Below, piece after piece: positions 22,801 through 35,602 of a DNA stretch of 64,000 bases. Position 1 is the stretch's first letter. Each line of letters begins with the position of its first letter. The DNA comes from Lepidodermella squamata (Eukaryota; Animalia; Gastrotricha), in NCBI GenBank assembly GCA_047495785.1, contig JBLDXI010000014.1:248001-312000 (forward strand), in the 5' to 3' direction. Under the pieces are notes generated by a model. It did not search any database. It saw nothing but the letters and a program-made list of their open reading frames with translations, and had not been told where the DNA came from. A program made the translations under genes and the position numbers.

Positions 22801-25452
22801 ACCCATCCATTTAGCGATTCAGCTTGTGAACTTCCTCGCCAGCTACGAACTTGTTCTGGAAAATTCTCAGCAATACGCAACATTGTGCTCGGCAATTTTT
22901 TCGGCCATTGACTTGTATGCTGATTCCAAAAATTGTTTCTCCATCGCCACTATCCGTGAAAATGGGTAAGGAATTGATTCTCGCATTGACATTTATTGAA
23001 TACGGCTGCGTAGCAGCGACAGTTCGAAAAATCGCCTGGTGTCTTTTTTCGAGGCGAAATTTGAAAGGTTAGCTTATACTTTCTTGAGAAAATCGCGTAA
23101 AAATGGTAATTTTCTAGAATCAATGAGTCGATGAAGCGCATCGGCCTCGTCTTCTCCGCGAAAGATTGTTATCAAATTTTCAGGCGATTGCTTGAAAATC
23201 CACCAGAACACCAAACCTCGGTCGACATCATTAGCAGCTTGTTATTTCAAGGGAAAGAAAGTAAGAAATTGTGCAAAATTTAAACTCAGATAAAATCTCC
23301 AAATCACACTTTTAGAAACTTTCTTCCCGTTGGCGGCAGGCCGCTGGTCAAGCAGTGCATCCTATTTCTTGCATTGGGCTTGTTTGCTCACAATCGAAGC
23401 TTTGCAAGATCATTTCGACCAGTATCGAGAAATCATACTTCGCTCTAAAATTCAACTTGCCGTGGCTGAGATGGACGGTGATTTTAGCATGAATTAAATT
23501 GTATTCCAGTCATAATTCATAACTTATCCCCAGATAAAAGCGAAGCTCCCAAGGCTTGTAAGCTTCAGCTGATTCATCCCATAGTAGCAGCTTATTCGGC
23601 TGGCGAGGCCTTGATTATCAGCCCATCGGCAAGCGATTCAGAACCGTTTCAAGCCACTGTCATGGTTGAAATAGTTAGTGCTGACAAATCATCGGATCGG
23701 TACACGGTTCGGTCTTCTGGAGATGAAATTCTTCCAATGAAGCAACTTGCAACGTACCGAGTCGATGTTGTTCCAAACATCACTCCATTCGATCGGCAGC
23801 TGAAAGCTTTGATGCACCTGTGTTACCAAGACCATTCTGCTGAAGTTGAATTGGCTGTTCCACCTGTCGCCAACTGCCTAATCAATTCATTTCGCAACGA
23901 ATCGGTTGAAAATGACCATGAACCTTCGATTACTCCGTTAGAAGCAACGGAAGACTTAGATGGAATGAATCCCAGCCAGAAGAAAGCGATTAGAGATGCT
24001 GTTCAACGCCCGGTTACTCTAGTCCATGGTCCTCCTGGAACCGGCAAAACACGGGTTGCCGCTTCCATCGTGAAAAATTGGGTCAAAGCTGGTTTTACCC
24101 CGGTTTTGTGCGTGGCCGAGACAAACTTTGCCGTCAACAACCTTGCAGAAAAGCTGATTGACAGCGGTTTCCCCGAAGACGGCCTGTTACGTGTCAGTGC
24201 TGATGGTCAAATCCCAGCATCGCTCGAAAAGATTGCCCTCGAGACTGTATACAGGGCGAAATTCAAAGAATCAAACAAGTACCGCATTGCTGAGCATATG
24301 CTCGACTCTGCCAAGGTTCAGAAGCTAATTCGGGGCAGTAAGGTTGTTTTTGTAACTTGTAAAGGAGCTGGTAGTAACAAGCTTTCGTTGACCGAGAACG
24401 GCCGCGGTCTTTTCAAGGCGATTCTTGTCGATGAGGCTGCTCAAGCTCTCGAGCCAACTGTTCTCATCCCCTTGGCACAAAGCCACTGCGAACGGCTGTG
24501 CCTTGTCGGAGACGACCGTCAGCTTCCGCCTTTGGTGAAAGTTGATAAAATCAAAGCGGAGCTATCTAAATCGCTTTTCGAACGGTTGAAAACCGGGCGA
24601 TCTACCCTTCTGGACACTCAATACCGTATGCACCCTGACATTGCCCGATTTCCGAACGAAAATTTCTACGACGGGAAGCTTCGAAATGGCGTTAATTCGG
24701 TCGATCGACCTCTACCGCGAGGGTTCAATTGGCCTAGCCAGAAATCGCCAATTTGCTTCATCAACGTGGATGCAACTGAGCCTGAAAGATGTAGCCAAGG
24801 TTCTAAGATCAATGCGAAGGAGGCAGATGCGGTTGTTGAAGTTGTTAGACAGCTACTTCAAAGCTCCGAACTTCAGCCTGAGAACATTGGAATCATCACA
24901 CCTTACAGTGGACAGGTAGGAATAAAAGTTTTATTAACAATTCTTCTCTAAAATTCTGCGCAGGAGCGACATCTGAAGACCCTTCTGAAGGACAAGAAAT
25001 TGGCCATCGATGTACGCACCGTTGATGGTTTCCAGGGTCAAGAGCGCGACGTCATTTTAGTTTCACTTGTGCGAAATCGCCAAAGCATTGGTGAGGCATC
25101 ATTTATTACTAATACTTAGCATTCCTAATTTTATCGATTAATCCACAGGTTTTCTTGACGATGATCGGCGGATGAATGTGCTACTTACACGAGCTAAACG
25201 TGGTCTGATCGTTTTTGGCTGTAAGAAAACCCTTCAAGATAACAGCGATTCAAAATGGGCTAGATGGATCAACGATATCTGGAAATCTGGCTTATATCTA
25301 GGTACTGATTTCACTCTGCATATCAAATAAATCGATCGATTTAGTTTGGCATTAATTTTTCAGATATGCAACCTGTGCAACGTCCAGCAACCGGTCATGG
25401 ACGTCCCTCGGCGCCTAACAACAGTGGTACTCGCAAGTATTATCGTCGATAA
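19832..25452 (+). CDS. cellular RNA-dependent RNA polymerase fused to a Upf1/DNA2-NAM7-like SF1 helicase (~1715 aa)
   Basis: Exons 19832-22472, 22515-22744, 22799-22965, 23014-23067, 23118-23260, 23316-23477, 23534-24915, 24964-25090, 25149-25301, 25364-25452 (5148 nt; all GT-AG, phases consistent). RdRP motifs: FFGCSASQMR, FTDGCG, FQIRLMGCKG, TRSPCHSPGD, GGDLDGDKFFVCWD, SAVDAAKTG. Helicase motifs: HGPPGTGKT, TNFAVN, DEAAQ, VGDDRQLPP, QYRMHP, ITPYSGQ, TVDGFQGQE, RMNVLLTRAK. AATAAA at ~25517. Confidence 0.88.
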
Positions 25453-25601
25453 ACTTGAGACGTTTCGAAGTTGATTTTCCAACAATTTTTGCATGACCTG
25501 ACGTGATCAAAAAAGAATAAAATGTTTCTTGAAATTTATTCCGGTTACACTAAGGAAGAGCTATCAATTCGAAAATTTCTAACACAAAATGCTATAATCG
25601 A

Positions 25602-28600
25602 TCAATAAACAGCGGATGAACGGAGAGTGAACTGTCTCGCCCGCGTATGAATAGCCGGCAATCCGATCGTTTTGATTCGGGCTGTTTCAATCGCATCGGC
25701 CATGCGAGTTAAATTCATACCGCGCAGCGTTTCAACCAACTGCATAACTGTGACGTTTTTGTTAAGGCGGCGCCATTTCCGCAGAACCTGGTACGCAAGT
25801 TTGCGCAGCTCGGCAGTTGCGTCCGTCGACGTCGCGCCAGTGCCGGCACTTGGCACTACGTACGTTGTCCGAGGCACTGGCGCTCGGTCTTTATCGTCGA
25901 CCCAAACGTGCGGGTAGTTGGGGTAGGGCGGCGTAGTCACCTCGCGGCAACCGAGTTGCAACAAATCGCGCTTGCGTTTCGCAGCCGACCTTGACGGCTC
26001 GAACGGCAGGCGCCGGTACAACTCAGGTAAACTCTGACCGATCTCCTGAGCCACGAGAGCCAGAGCTGACGTCATCAACTGGTCAGTATCTGCTGGTTCG
26101 TAAGATGTCACCGAGATGTTGTTGGTATTCAGCGCAATTCCCTTTTCGAGGGCTTGCTGCTGCTGATAGAAAATTCGCTTCAAAATGTCTGGATTGCGCT
26201 TTAGATCGATAATTCTGACAACAGCCCGAATTTTCGCCTCGGTTAGCTTCAACTCGTTTTCAGCCTCCGAAGCAAGTCTATCACGATTGAAAGAAAATAT
26301 TTCAAAGCTATGTGAGATTGGAGTGAAATATTACTTTGTGTAACGTTTGGCGTCGGTCAGTTCTCGGCGACCGATTTCCAAGTTAGCTTCCTTGGCCTGA
26401 GAGATGCTGACAACTTCAGATTCGAGCAGCTGCATTTTCAACTTTATGGACCTAATTTTCTTCCTGGTAGCTGAAAGTTGCCGCTGAAGTGTCGCAGCGT
26501 TATTAATCATCTAAAATCAAGACAATTCAATTTTAGGTGAAATAATAGTGGAAAAATTTGCTAACATGACTTTCTACGCCATTGCCATCCCTCTCGGCGT
26601 CTTGAATGTCTCGAGTAGTCGCTTGGAATTTAGCGCCCAAATTAGACTCTTGGTCTTCGAGCGCTTCAAGAATGCGTTGCAGCCGCTTGCCCTGACCCGC
26701 CCGGCTCATGCCGTCGTCGTCGATCAGCGACGCTTTGAACTCGCGCCGCATCGCCATTCGCGTCAGCTCGTCCTTTTTGCGCCGATCCACCTTAAATTCA
26801 TCGCCCATATCCTTTTGCCTCTGCATCAATTGATTGAGCGTTTCCCGCAGCCTTGCTTCATACCGCTCGTCTTCAATCAGCCAGTCCTTCAGTCGTTTGA
26901 CAATAAATTCCATTTGCTCAACGCCCTCCTCGCACATGAGCTTTGCAGTGAGAATGTCGTTTTCGCAAATCAGTAAAATCGCGCAGTTTTTCTCCTTGTT
27001 TTCGATAGTATCCCGCGCCTTGCTAAACCGATGCAGAGCGGCTTCGATGGAGCGCTGGAAAGTATTTATCATGTTGTTGTATGACCAAACGCAGTCGACT
27101 TGAACGTTTTCTATTTCGTGAATAAAGCTGGTACAGTAGCGGGAAACAGCGCCTGAGATCGCCTGAAGATTAGGCCGCATCAACTCGTAAATCTGTATGA
27201 ATTCGTCGATTCGCTCGCTAAAATCGAAAAGCATATACCTCATCACAGAGATTTGAGGCGAAACTTACATTATTCGAAGCGACTTGGTGAGCAAGCTACG
27301 AGTGTCGAACTGCCGATATGGGTACTGCTTCGATTCGAGGAGTGTCTGTAGGTGGCTTCGTAGTTGGGCTAACGATTGAATTTTTCGAAGCTCTGTCACT
27401 TCGGCACTAAATTTCTTCGACGGCGGACCTCCATGCATGATAGATGGTTGCTGGCTGAGCACGGTGCGTGATGGCTTTGTCGACTGCTGGGAAGGCAAGC
27501 TCTCCTGAAGATGCGATCTATAACAAATTCCGCGAACCAATTTAAAATTCAGTTTGCGAAAAATCAGCTGGGTGTGATCAAGTGTTATGATTATAAATCG
27601 GCGTGATAGTGTCATGCGAGTTCTTACTTTTGCGAGTACATTGCAGTCACATATTTATCAATATCGGTAGCTGAAAATTGTAAGCAAATGAAGCGCTGGT
27701 TATACTTTCAAACACAATATAAAGCCAACGGATAACCTTTAATTTTAATTACTGTTTTCTGCCATCTAACTCTGTTATTCGATCTGGGCAATTCACTATA
27801 AATTCGTTATTTTTTAGATTGCAAAATAGCGTTATTTTAGATGCGAATGAAAGCTATGAAAGCGACTCTCAGTGAAGGATTTACTTGGAAAATGAAGTTC
27901 TCTGGTGGTGCAATTGCGCCGCCTGAAGGCCTGCATTCGACATCTGCGCTCCCAGTTTTTTACCCTTTTCATTGGTCGATTTTGAATTCACGGCATCGCT
28001 AATCACGTGATCAATCTCGGTCGAGTAGTAATCAATATCAGTGGCTATACGAGTAGTCATACCAACCTCTACAACCGATAAATTTTATAATATTTCCAAA
28101 CTTACGTATGCCTCCCTCTCGCCCGTTATTCTTCATCCACAGCTGTCTGAAGGTCGAGATTTGGGACTCGCAAGTTTGAAGCTGGGCCATTGCTCGGCGA
28201 CGTACTGTTTTAAGGTTACTCGGCGGCACCCCGCCTGGCCCAATCTCGATCATGCTCATGACTGGGTCGATTTTCGGCAACGGAGTTGCACCTCCTATCT
28301 CACTTGCGCCTTCGACAAGGGTGACAGCAGGGCCACCAATAAGCGCGCCTCCGGGGGTCATAAACGGCGGCACGGCTGACATGGCTCGATTCGATTGGGT
28401 TTCGAAAATAGACTGCCGTTTTATGCTTTGGCGCCGAACCGCCTCAGGAATCACTGGCTCTGGCGTTTTGACGGCTTTTTTACTCGGTTTGATTGCTAAG
28501 AATCGAACCTGGTTTTTGATATGGAAATAGCGCTGGCGCTGGTCTGCGTTAAGAGATCCCACTAAAAAGGAAGAAATTCGAAAAACATTGAGCTGATTTT

Positions 28601-29300
28601 TGAACTAGTTTACATGGATGCCACTCCGGGTAGAGATTATTTGTTTTGCACGACCGAACAGCCTTGCGTCTAGTCGCTCGATATCGTTGTAGTTGGGCGG
28701 CAAAGTCGGAGCCTCTTGTCTCGGATACGACAGTTGAGGCACGTTTAGCTACTAAAAAGCTAGTTTTCCGGAAATCTAGCCGTTTATTGGCTGCAGGCTC
28801 TTCGTCCCTCTCAGATTTATCCTCGAGTTCGGTTGTTTCGTCTTCGTCGGCGTCTTCGTCGTCGTAGTCGCTAGAGTGATCACTTTTAGATTTTTCCTAC
28901 AACAAATTGCAATAATGTTATAACAACAGCGATTGTCTTTAATGAGGCGTGTATAGAGATGGAATTCTCATGCGAATGTTTCGCTCTATTCACTGGATAC
29001 ATGGGGCCTATGGTACCTTAGCAACGGATCAAAGGCGCCTTTCTCAACAACATGCCTTTCATTTTTTAATCGTGCGTTTTTTATTAAGCCTTTTCTGAAG
29101 TTTCTTCTTTAGAAAAAGATCGGCTCAAGTACGTGACTAAATAATTATTAGATAAATTTTGAGAGTTTGAGCCGACTTGCGAGAGGGATACTCACCCATG
29201 GAATCTGGCTTGGGTCGGGCTGGACGAAGTCGATCATGGTGTAAAGGCGGCCACTGACCGGCTGGGCCGCAAAGAGAACGGCATATTGGGCTGCTGTCAT
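25602..29300 (-). CDS. coiled-coil protein with C-terminal death-fold domain; multi-exon, 5' end uncertain
   Basis: ORFs 28562-28038, 27615-27265, 27246-26533 (heptad-rich) and 26252-25602 are separated by short GT-AG introns. The C-terminus LALVAQEIGQSLPELYRRL...AYQVLRKWRRLNKNVTVMQLVETLRGMNLTRMADAIE matches death-domain helices. Confidence 0.7.
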
Positions 29301-29875
29301 ATCGATGTTTTTCGACAATATTTTTTAGGTAGAAAATACAAGAGAAGGAAGGAGAAAACGAGATCGCCATCCAGAAACTGTCACGAAATTCTGTAATTTT
29401 GTAGCCCTGTGGAGTTGATGTTTACCGCCCTCTGGTGAATTTCCATCGATCGAACGTTTCCCTTCGTAATAAAATAAATTATGAGAAAATCAGAGGCGAT
29501 CGAAAATCGTTATCGATAGAGCCTTATTTATTGCCCGAATTATTCTCTCAAAGCCATGTCGTCATCATGAATTCCGTCATTGGATGAAGAAGCGTAATAA
29601 AAGCCGATAAAAGCACGGCACAAAAATATATTAAAATTATATTATATACAAATCGGGATAATTAAAAACAAGATAACCACTGATGATACAGTTTAGCCAT
29701 AATAAATTTCCCAACAGATGAGTGTTTGATATTTTTTTCTGACGAAATCGGTAATAAAAAGTTTGTACAAAAAGCACGCGGCTGATCATCATCATAAAAT
29801 TAGTATTCTTTGTTTCTGTCCAACGTTGTTTGTTTTGGCGAGTGAGTGGTCGCTTAACACAGCAGAGGATGGGAG

Positions 29876-32311
29876 TTAGCGTGCCCGCGAGACGGCAGAT
29901 CGACTAGCAACACTGGCGTAACGATGCGAGGCCGGTTGTTGGCCGCAGCACAGTTGGCGCAGGTCTTCGCGGAAGTTGCGGTTCATGACGCCGTAAATGA
30001 TCGGATTAGCAGCATTGTTGACGAAGTAGATGTAAAAAACGAAGCGGTTCCACGGGTCCGAGTCGGCGTCGCCAAACAGCCCGGTGTAGTTGGCAATGAA
30101 AGCCGGCACGTAGGACAGCGTGAACACGACAGTGACGACGAAAAGCATCGCAGCGAGGCGGATCTGGGTGCCCAACTCGCCGCCGCTCAGCTTAAACGAC
30201 TGTTTATGGCTGATGCTCGGCGACTTGGTTTCGCGCGGCTTTGGCTCTGATTTCGTCGAACCCGTTGCACCCTCGGTTTTCGCCGGTGAACCAAGCGCCT
30301 CGCCATTTGCATCACTTATTTCAGCGCTAAAAATGAGAAATAAAATATAAAAAAAATATAAATGACATTATTGCTTACTTGTTAGAGTTTTTCTCTCGAC
30401 TGACTAGTTCAAATTCGCCGGGCTTCTTTGCAGTGCTTTGCTGAGTAGCGCTATCTGAGTTAATCTCAGAGTCTTCGACTTCTAACGCCTCGGTGGCGGT
30501 TGTGACATCGGTGGACGGCTTCGACTGGTCGGATCTCACCGCATTGACCTCAACTTTAGCAGGGCTTGCCGTCGTAGCAGCAGCAGCATTAGCAGCCCCG
30601 GCCGCCTGCAGTGCCGACGAGCTGAGCAACGCGCGGTTCGTCGCCGCTTTGCGGTTGGCGCGCTCCATTTGCCGGCTCCAGATTCGGCTGTAGATGAGCG
30701 CGTAGAATATGAAAGTCAGCGCCAGAGATACAACAAAAGTGATAGTCTGAATAGGACAACAAATCAACTAGTTTTTCATTCTTTAAGAATTGCTGACTTA
30801 CATTGTGAATGTAATGGTAGTATTCCTGGAAGAACTCGCCTAGGATCGGCTTGGCGATGCAGCCGCCCACCGCCACCTCGCTTGCATACGTCGTCATTGC
30901 AAAATCGGTCCCGTTCTCGTCGTAGCTGGCCGATGTCGAGTCGTAGAGCGGCGTTGATGACGAGGAAACGTTGCTCATAATCGATGTGAAATAGGAAGTA
31001 CTTTCGCCGTACGTGTAATTGAACATGTGCGCGCCCATCGTTGTTGAGCCGTCGATGAAACCGACGGATCCATCGGCTTCCGACGCCATCTCCGCGCTGT
31101 ACTGAATCGCAACTAATGTCCCCATAGTCATGGCTGTAACTGCTAGCAAGACGACAACTACACGAGCGCGAAGAGGTGTTAGGACGTTCTTCAACGGTTG
31201 GCAAATGCATAGATATCGGTCGATACTGATTGCGGTCATGAGGAAGGCTGAGAATGGGATAACTGAAGCTGTGAACAGGTAGTACAATTTGCACGACACG
31301 TCGGTGGTGAAGACGAGTGACGGTGCTAGTTCCATGATCAGCGTCAGCGGCATGACAACGACACAAGCGACCAGGTCGTTCATCGCCAATGTCGCGATGA
31401 AAATGTTGGCGAGCGACCGGCCTGCTGCGTTCGGCGAAGTGCCGCTCGCCGCAGATTGCATCTTTTTCAAGTAGACTATGAGCACGGTCATATTGCCGAT
31501 AATGCCAATGACGCTTTTGTCAAAATAAAATAATGTAATTAAAAAAATAATTTTAATTGTTGAAAATTCAAAGGTTAAAATTATACAGATCGGCAGAGTT
31601 GTAACCAGGTACATGGAACCTTTTATCTAAATTTTCATTATAACCGGGAGTTATGGGTGGTTACGCCGCTAATGAACCAAGAACTGCGTGAGTAATGCAT
31701 TTTTTTCACGCAGTCCTGGGTTTCCTAAAATAGATCTTAGAACTTGGTTTTCAAAATTCAAAAAGCTTAATTTTTCTGGCAATTTGCAGCAAATCGTTAA
31801 CACAATTTTTAACCTCAATTTAAGCAAAACGTACTTTCAACAAAAATTCAAAAAATATATTTCGATTTTTTTTCATTTGGAACAATTTGCTCCAAAAAAG
31901 GATATTTCGAAAAAAATTGATAATCTCGATAAAAGCAGGCTAATCTTAGTAGTTTCCGTACCAAATAGGATGTTTCTCAAATTTCTTGTCCTAAGATGAG
32001 CTTTTGGAAATGAGTAATGAGTAGCAGATATTTAATTGATCAACTAGCCAAAACTCGAATTTAATTACCCAATTCAATTAAAAATGTTCAACTTGAGCGT
32101 CCAATTTTAGACCATTTTAATTCCATCGCGTTGAAAGATAATTTCTAATGCAAAAGGCTTTACATTTTTTAAAAGCTGTCCGGTTTAACAATACTGTCCG
32201 CGTGATTAATTTTTAATTTTGATCAATTTTTCAGAAAACTTGTTCAATCACTCACCTGATGATTGGAATGAGCAGTGAAAGACCCGACTCGTCTGGCTTA
32301 ATTTGCGACAT
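29876..32311 (-). CDS. class A (rhodopsin-like) peptide GPCR, paralogue 1
   Basis: First exon 32311-32256, then 31513-~30801, ~30746-30420, ~30326-29876. GIIGN, LAMND, IDRYLCICQP, SYVP, NNAANPIIY. Confidence 0.9.
31591..32200. mobile_element. possible degenerate MITE in GPCR intron 1
   Basis: A 742-nt intron in a genome of ~55-nt introns. Imperfect inverted ends CGGCAGAGTTGTAACCAGGTACA vs CTGTCCGGTTTAACAATACTGTCCG. Confidence 0.25.
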
Positions 32312-35300
32312 GGTGTGAAACTAGGCGTTGAACAAAAAAGAACGGCGACAGCAGCAGAAAATCGGCCTCATGAAGAACACGAGAGCGGGCCGCAAGTCAG
32401 CTCAGCGATAAATTGTAACATACTACTAATAACGGCATTATCTATTTTCGCGACAGAAGTACATGAAAAAAACATATACTACAATGAATGAGCAGGCGAA
32501 ATGAGGGGAGTGTAATAAGTATTGTAGTTGCAGTATTATAGACGGTGCATGAATATTCGATGCAACTACAAAATGACTCTTTAGAATACATCATATAGCC
32601 TATGTTTGCTTCGCCACTCGATGGACGTGTGAATAAAAGCACTTTTAGGCTGGATAGCTGCAGCCTTCCGATTGCCAGTCACGCAAGGCAACTCAATTTT
32701 CATACACTGAAAGGCGAAACCGATTTTTCACGCACAGAAAAAAACAAAAAAGGCGATGTTCTTATCTACAAGGTCCTCAGGGCTTATATGCGCATCGCTC
32801 AATTAGATGATACAGGTTTAAAATTGCTATAGTATCATTTGTTCCCAGGGTCTTCGATAAATCGATCGAATTAATTGTATTAAACAAGAGCAATAAAATG
32901 ATAAACAAAATATTAATTGCTGCGGTTCAGTTGCTTTATCGCCCAAATTGCAGCATTTGCGTCATCGATGATGTACTGTTTGTGTTGATTACTTCGGCAA
33001 TATTAATGGCTCGCCCCGCTCGCGACAACTGTTTCAACTTCCGCTAGTAAAAAAAACTCCGGAGATCTAATAATACAGCTAGATGAGCTTACTGGCGGAA
33101 ATAGCAAATATACGACTTATATTGAGATGAATAAAATAATAGTAAAAAAGTAAAACTATGTACTATTATTTGAATTGCGACAACGGGCGCCGCGATTTGA
33201 TGGGCGACGCCGTTGAGATGTAATGCGATGAAGCGTTGTTCTACAACAAATTGCCTAAACAAATATTGCCACGATGGAGAAAAAACGATGGCCGATATAC
33301 ATCCCTAATTTGTTGGTGAAATCTTGCCAAGGCATATAAAACGAGGTGTGAACAAATTTCACACCACCTTTTGCTCCTTTCGAAAATAGATGAGCGTAAA
33401 AAGAAATGAAAATATCAGGATTTTTCATGTCTCTTCGAGTAATAAACATTTCTAGAGAATTTGTTGCTCATGGTAAACATTTCCTGCCCACAAAGTATAT
33501 ACCATATCGTCAGACCGAGCATATCGCCGAATGGGGTATAGGTAATATAATAATGATAGTCTACGGCCTGTTGTTATGCTTTGTTGTTTTTTCTTTGAAG
33601 ACTCCTCGAGGCAGTCGAGCATGGCGAGCGTATATCATCGACCTCACTCCATTACTAGCTCGTTGTTATCCGTTTTTGCCCACTAGATTTTACTTATAGC
33701 TATAAAACAACGAACGCAACGTTAATAAAAACGATAATAAATGATCGTATCATAGATGCTGGATGAATTATTAATCGCGGTGAAACCAAAAAAGATGAGC
33801 TCGACTGTAATGTTGCGCGTATGTTAAGCGCATAACAAAAAGCGCGCCTATTTTTCATTTTTTATTACAGGTTTTTTTCATGTGCATGCGATAATAATCT
33901 TCGCTCTGCGTCTAGCCTAAACGCATTGACCACGCGGGTTCAACGTTATGCTCCACATTCGAGCGAGTTTTACCCTCGTAATATTGCAATGACAATAAAT
34001 AATCAGCGATAAATCAATAGAAAATATCGAGTAAGTATATTTTTATGCGCCTCATCTAACCCTTAATGCTATGCACTTGATAGAAACGATAAACGATTTA
34101 GTATGCTAATTCGACAACAGGCATTCAGTATACACGGCTGTCTCTAGAGATGCGTCTCTGTTGTATTCGCTTGGGTGTTCGGAATTTTTCGGAATTTTTA
34201 GTGTTATAGAGTATCAACTTTTTACTACGCGCGTCGCTTTAATGGCAAAATCACGCCGTGTGACGAGCACTCCAGGCGATCAAATACTATAGGCATAAAG
34301 GCTATTGTACTGTTCGAATATCAAATTACCCGCAAAGGGGCAAAAATGGTGCGATGGGAGGACAAAACTTGGCTATTTCACGATGATTCATTACTCGCGA
34401 AATTCGAACGCATCCGGAATATTTAGGGGCGAGAGATTACTAAAAGAGTTAAGAACATTTAATTTAATACAAAAAGCTAGGGTATTTTGAATTGAAATAA
34501 CTTTTTGAATCCGCCTTATTATTACTGCCCGTATTTTCCTATAGTGTCGTAGTCGAGTATAAAAAAAACGCCCGTGTATAGCAGTAGGTATATGACGGCG
34601 TGTCTTCCTGTGCGCTCTCGGCTAAAAGCTCGAGATCAATGTTCGGCCGCGCAAAACAGGTTGACTTCCGCGGCGCGTGGCCGAAATCGCACAAATATTT
34701 GAAAAAACTACGACAGCAATAACATCATGCTCATAGGCGCGCAACGATTCGCGTCTTTGGTGCGATAAAAGCGGCTAGAATATTACATTCAAGTTAGACA
34801 TCGAGGGGAAATTGATATAGCCTGGCAAAAAGACGCGCCGTTCCTTTTTCTGCGCAGAACAATGAAAATTGTACATGCACACAGAAGATCAAATTGCGCA
34901 TGAAACACACGCGCTCGTGTATTGATCAGTGCTGGCTACTAGACAGGCGCGCTTGGCTGCTCAAGCAAATCGAACGTGACTGCCTGGGATTGTTTTCAAA
35001 ACTTGCTTGATCTAATCAAATTTAATGCGGCTATCAATGATTTATTCTAGGTAAATAAAATGTCTACGATATGATGCTGCTAGCGATTGATAGACTTTTC
35101 TTTGCACGGCGCGCGCACCTGTCTTCGGTTATTAGTTATTATTATTCAATTTCAAAATATTACGCAATTAAAGCGGCGGCTAGTTCGACGCGGGAAGTGA
35201 TTATATTTTATTGTGGATTTGTGGATAACAAAGGACGGATATTCGAGGCGGCGAACTCTGAAAAAATGTAAATGCGAAGATGACTATAAGGACTAAGGAG

Positions 35301-35602
35301 AAACAAGACGTGTTTTTTCCCTATAATTACTTCCTCTCTTCGAGAGTCAATATCAGCTGACCAAAGTGCAAGAATTCGCTTCCTCCTTATCTGATAATGA
35401 AAATTGTTTTTTGGGACAGAAAAAAAATCAGAATAATCTGAAAAATCTGATTATTTCTCATGTACCTAAAACAAATTAAATTAATGACTTTTATATAGGT
35501 CATGATATACAAAAGTTATCTCCAGGTCAAACAGCGTTGTTTTATTACAAAAATAATATTATTTCTGGGATTGAAAGAAGAAACAGAAGAAAAATAACAG
35601 AG

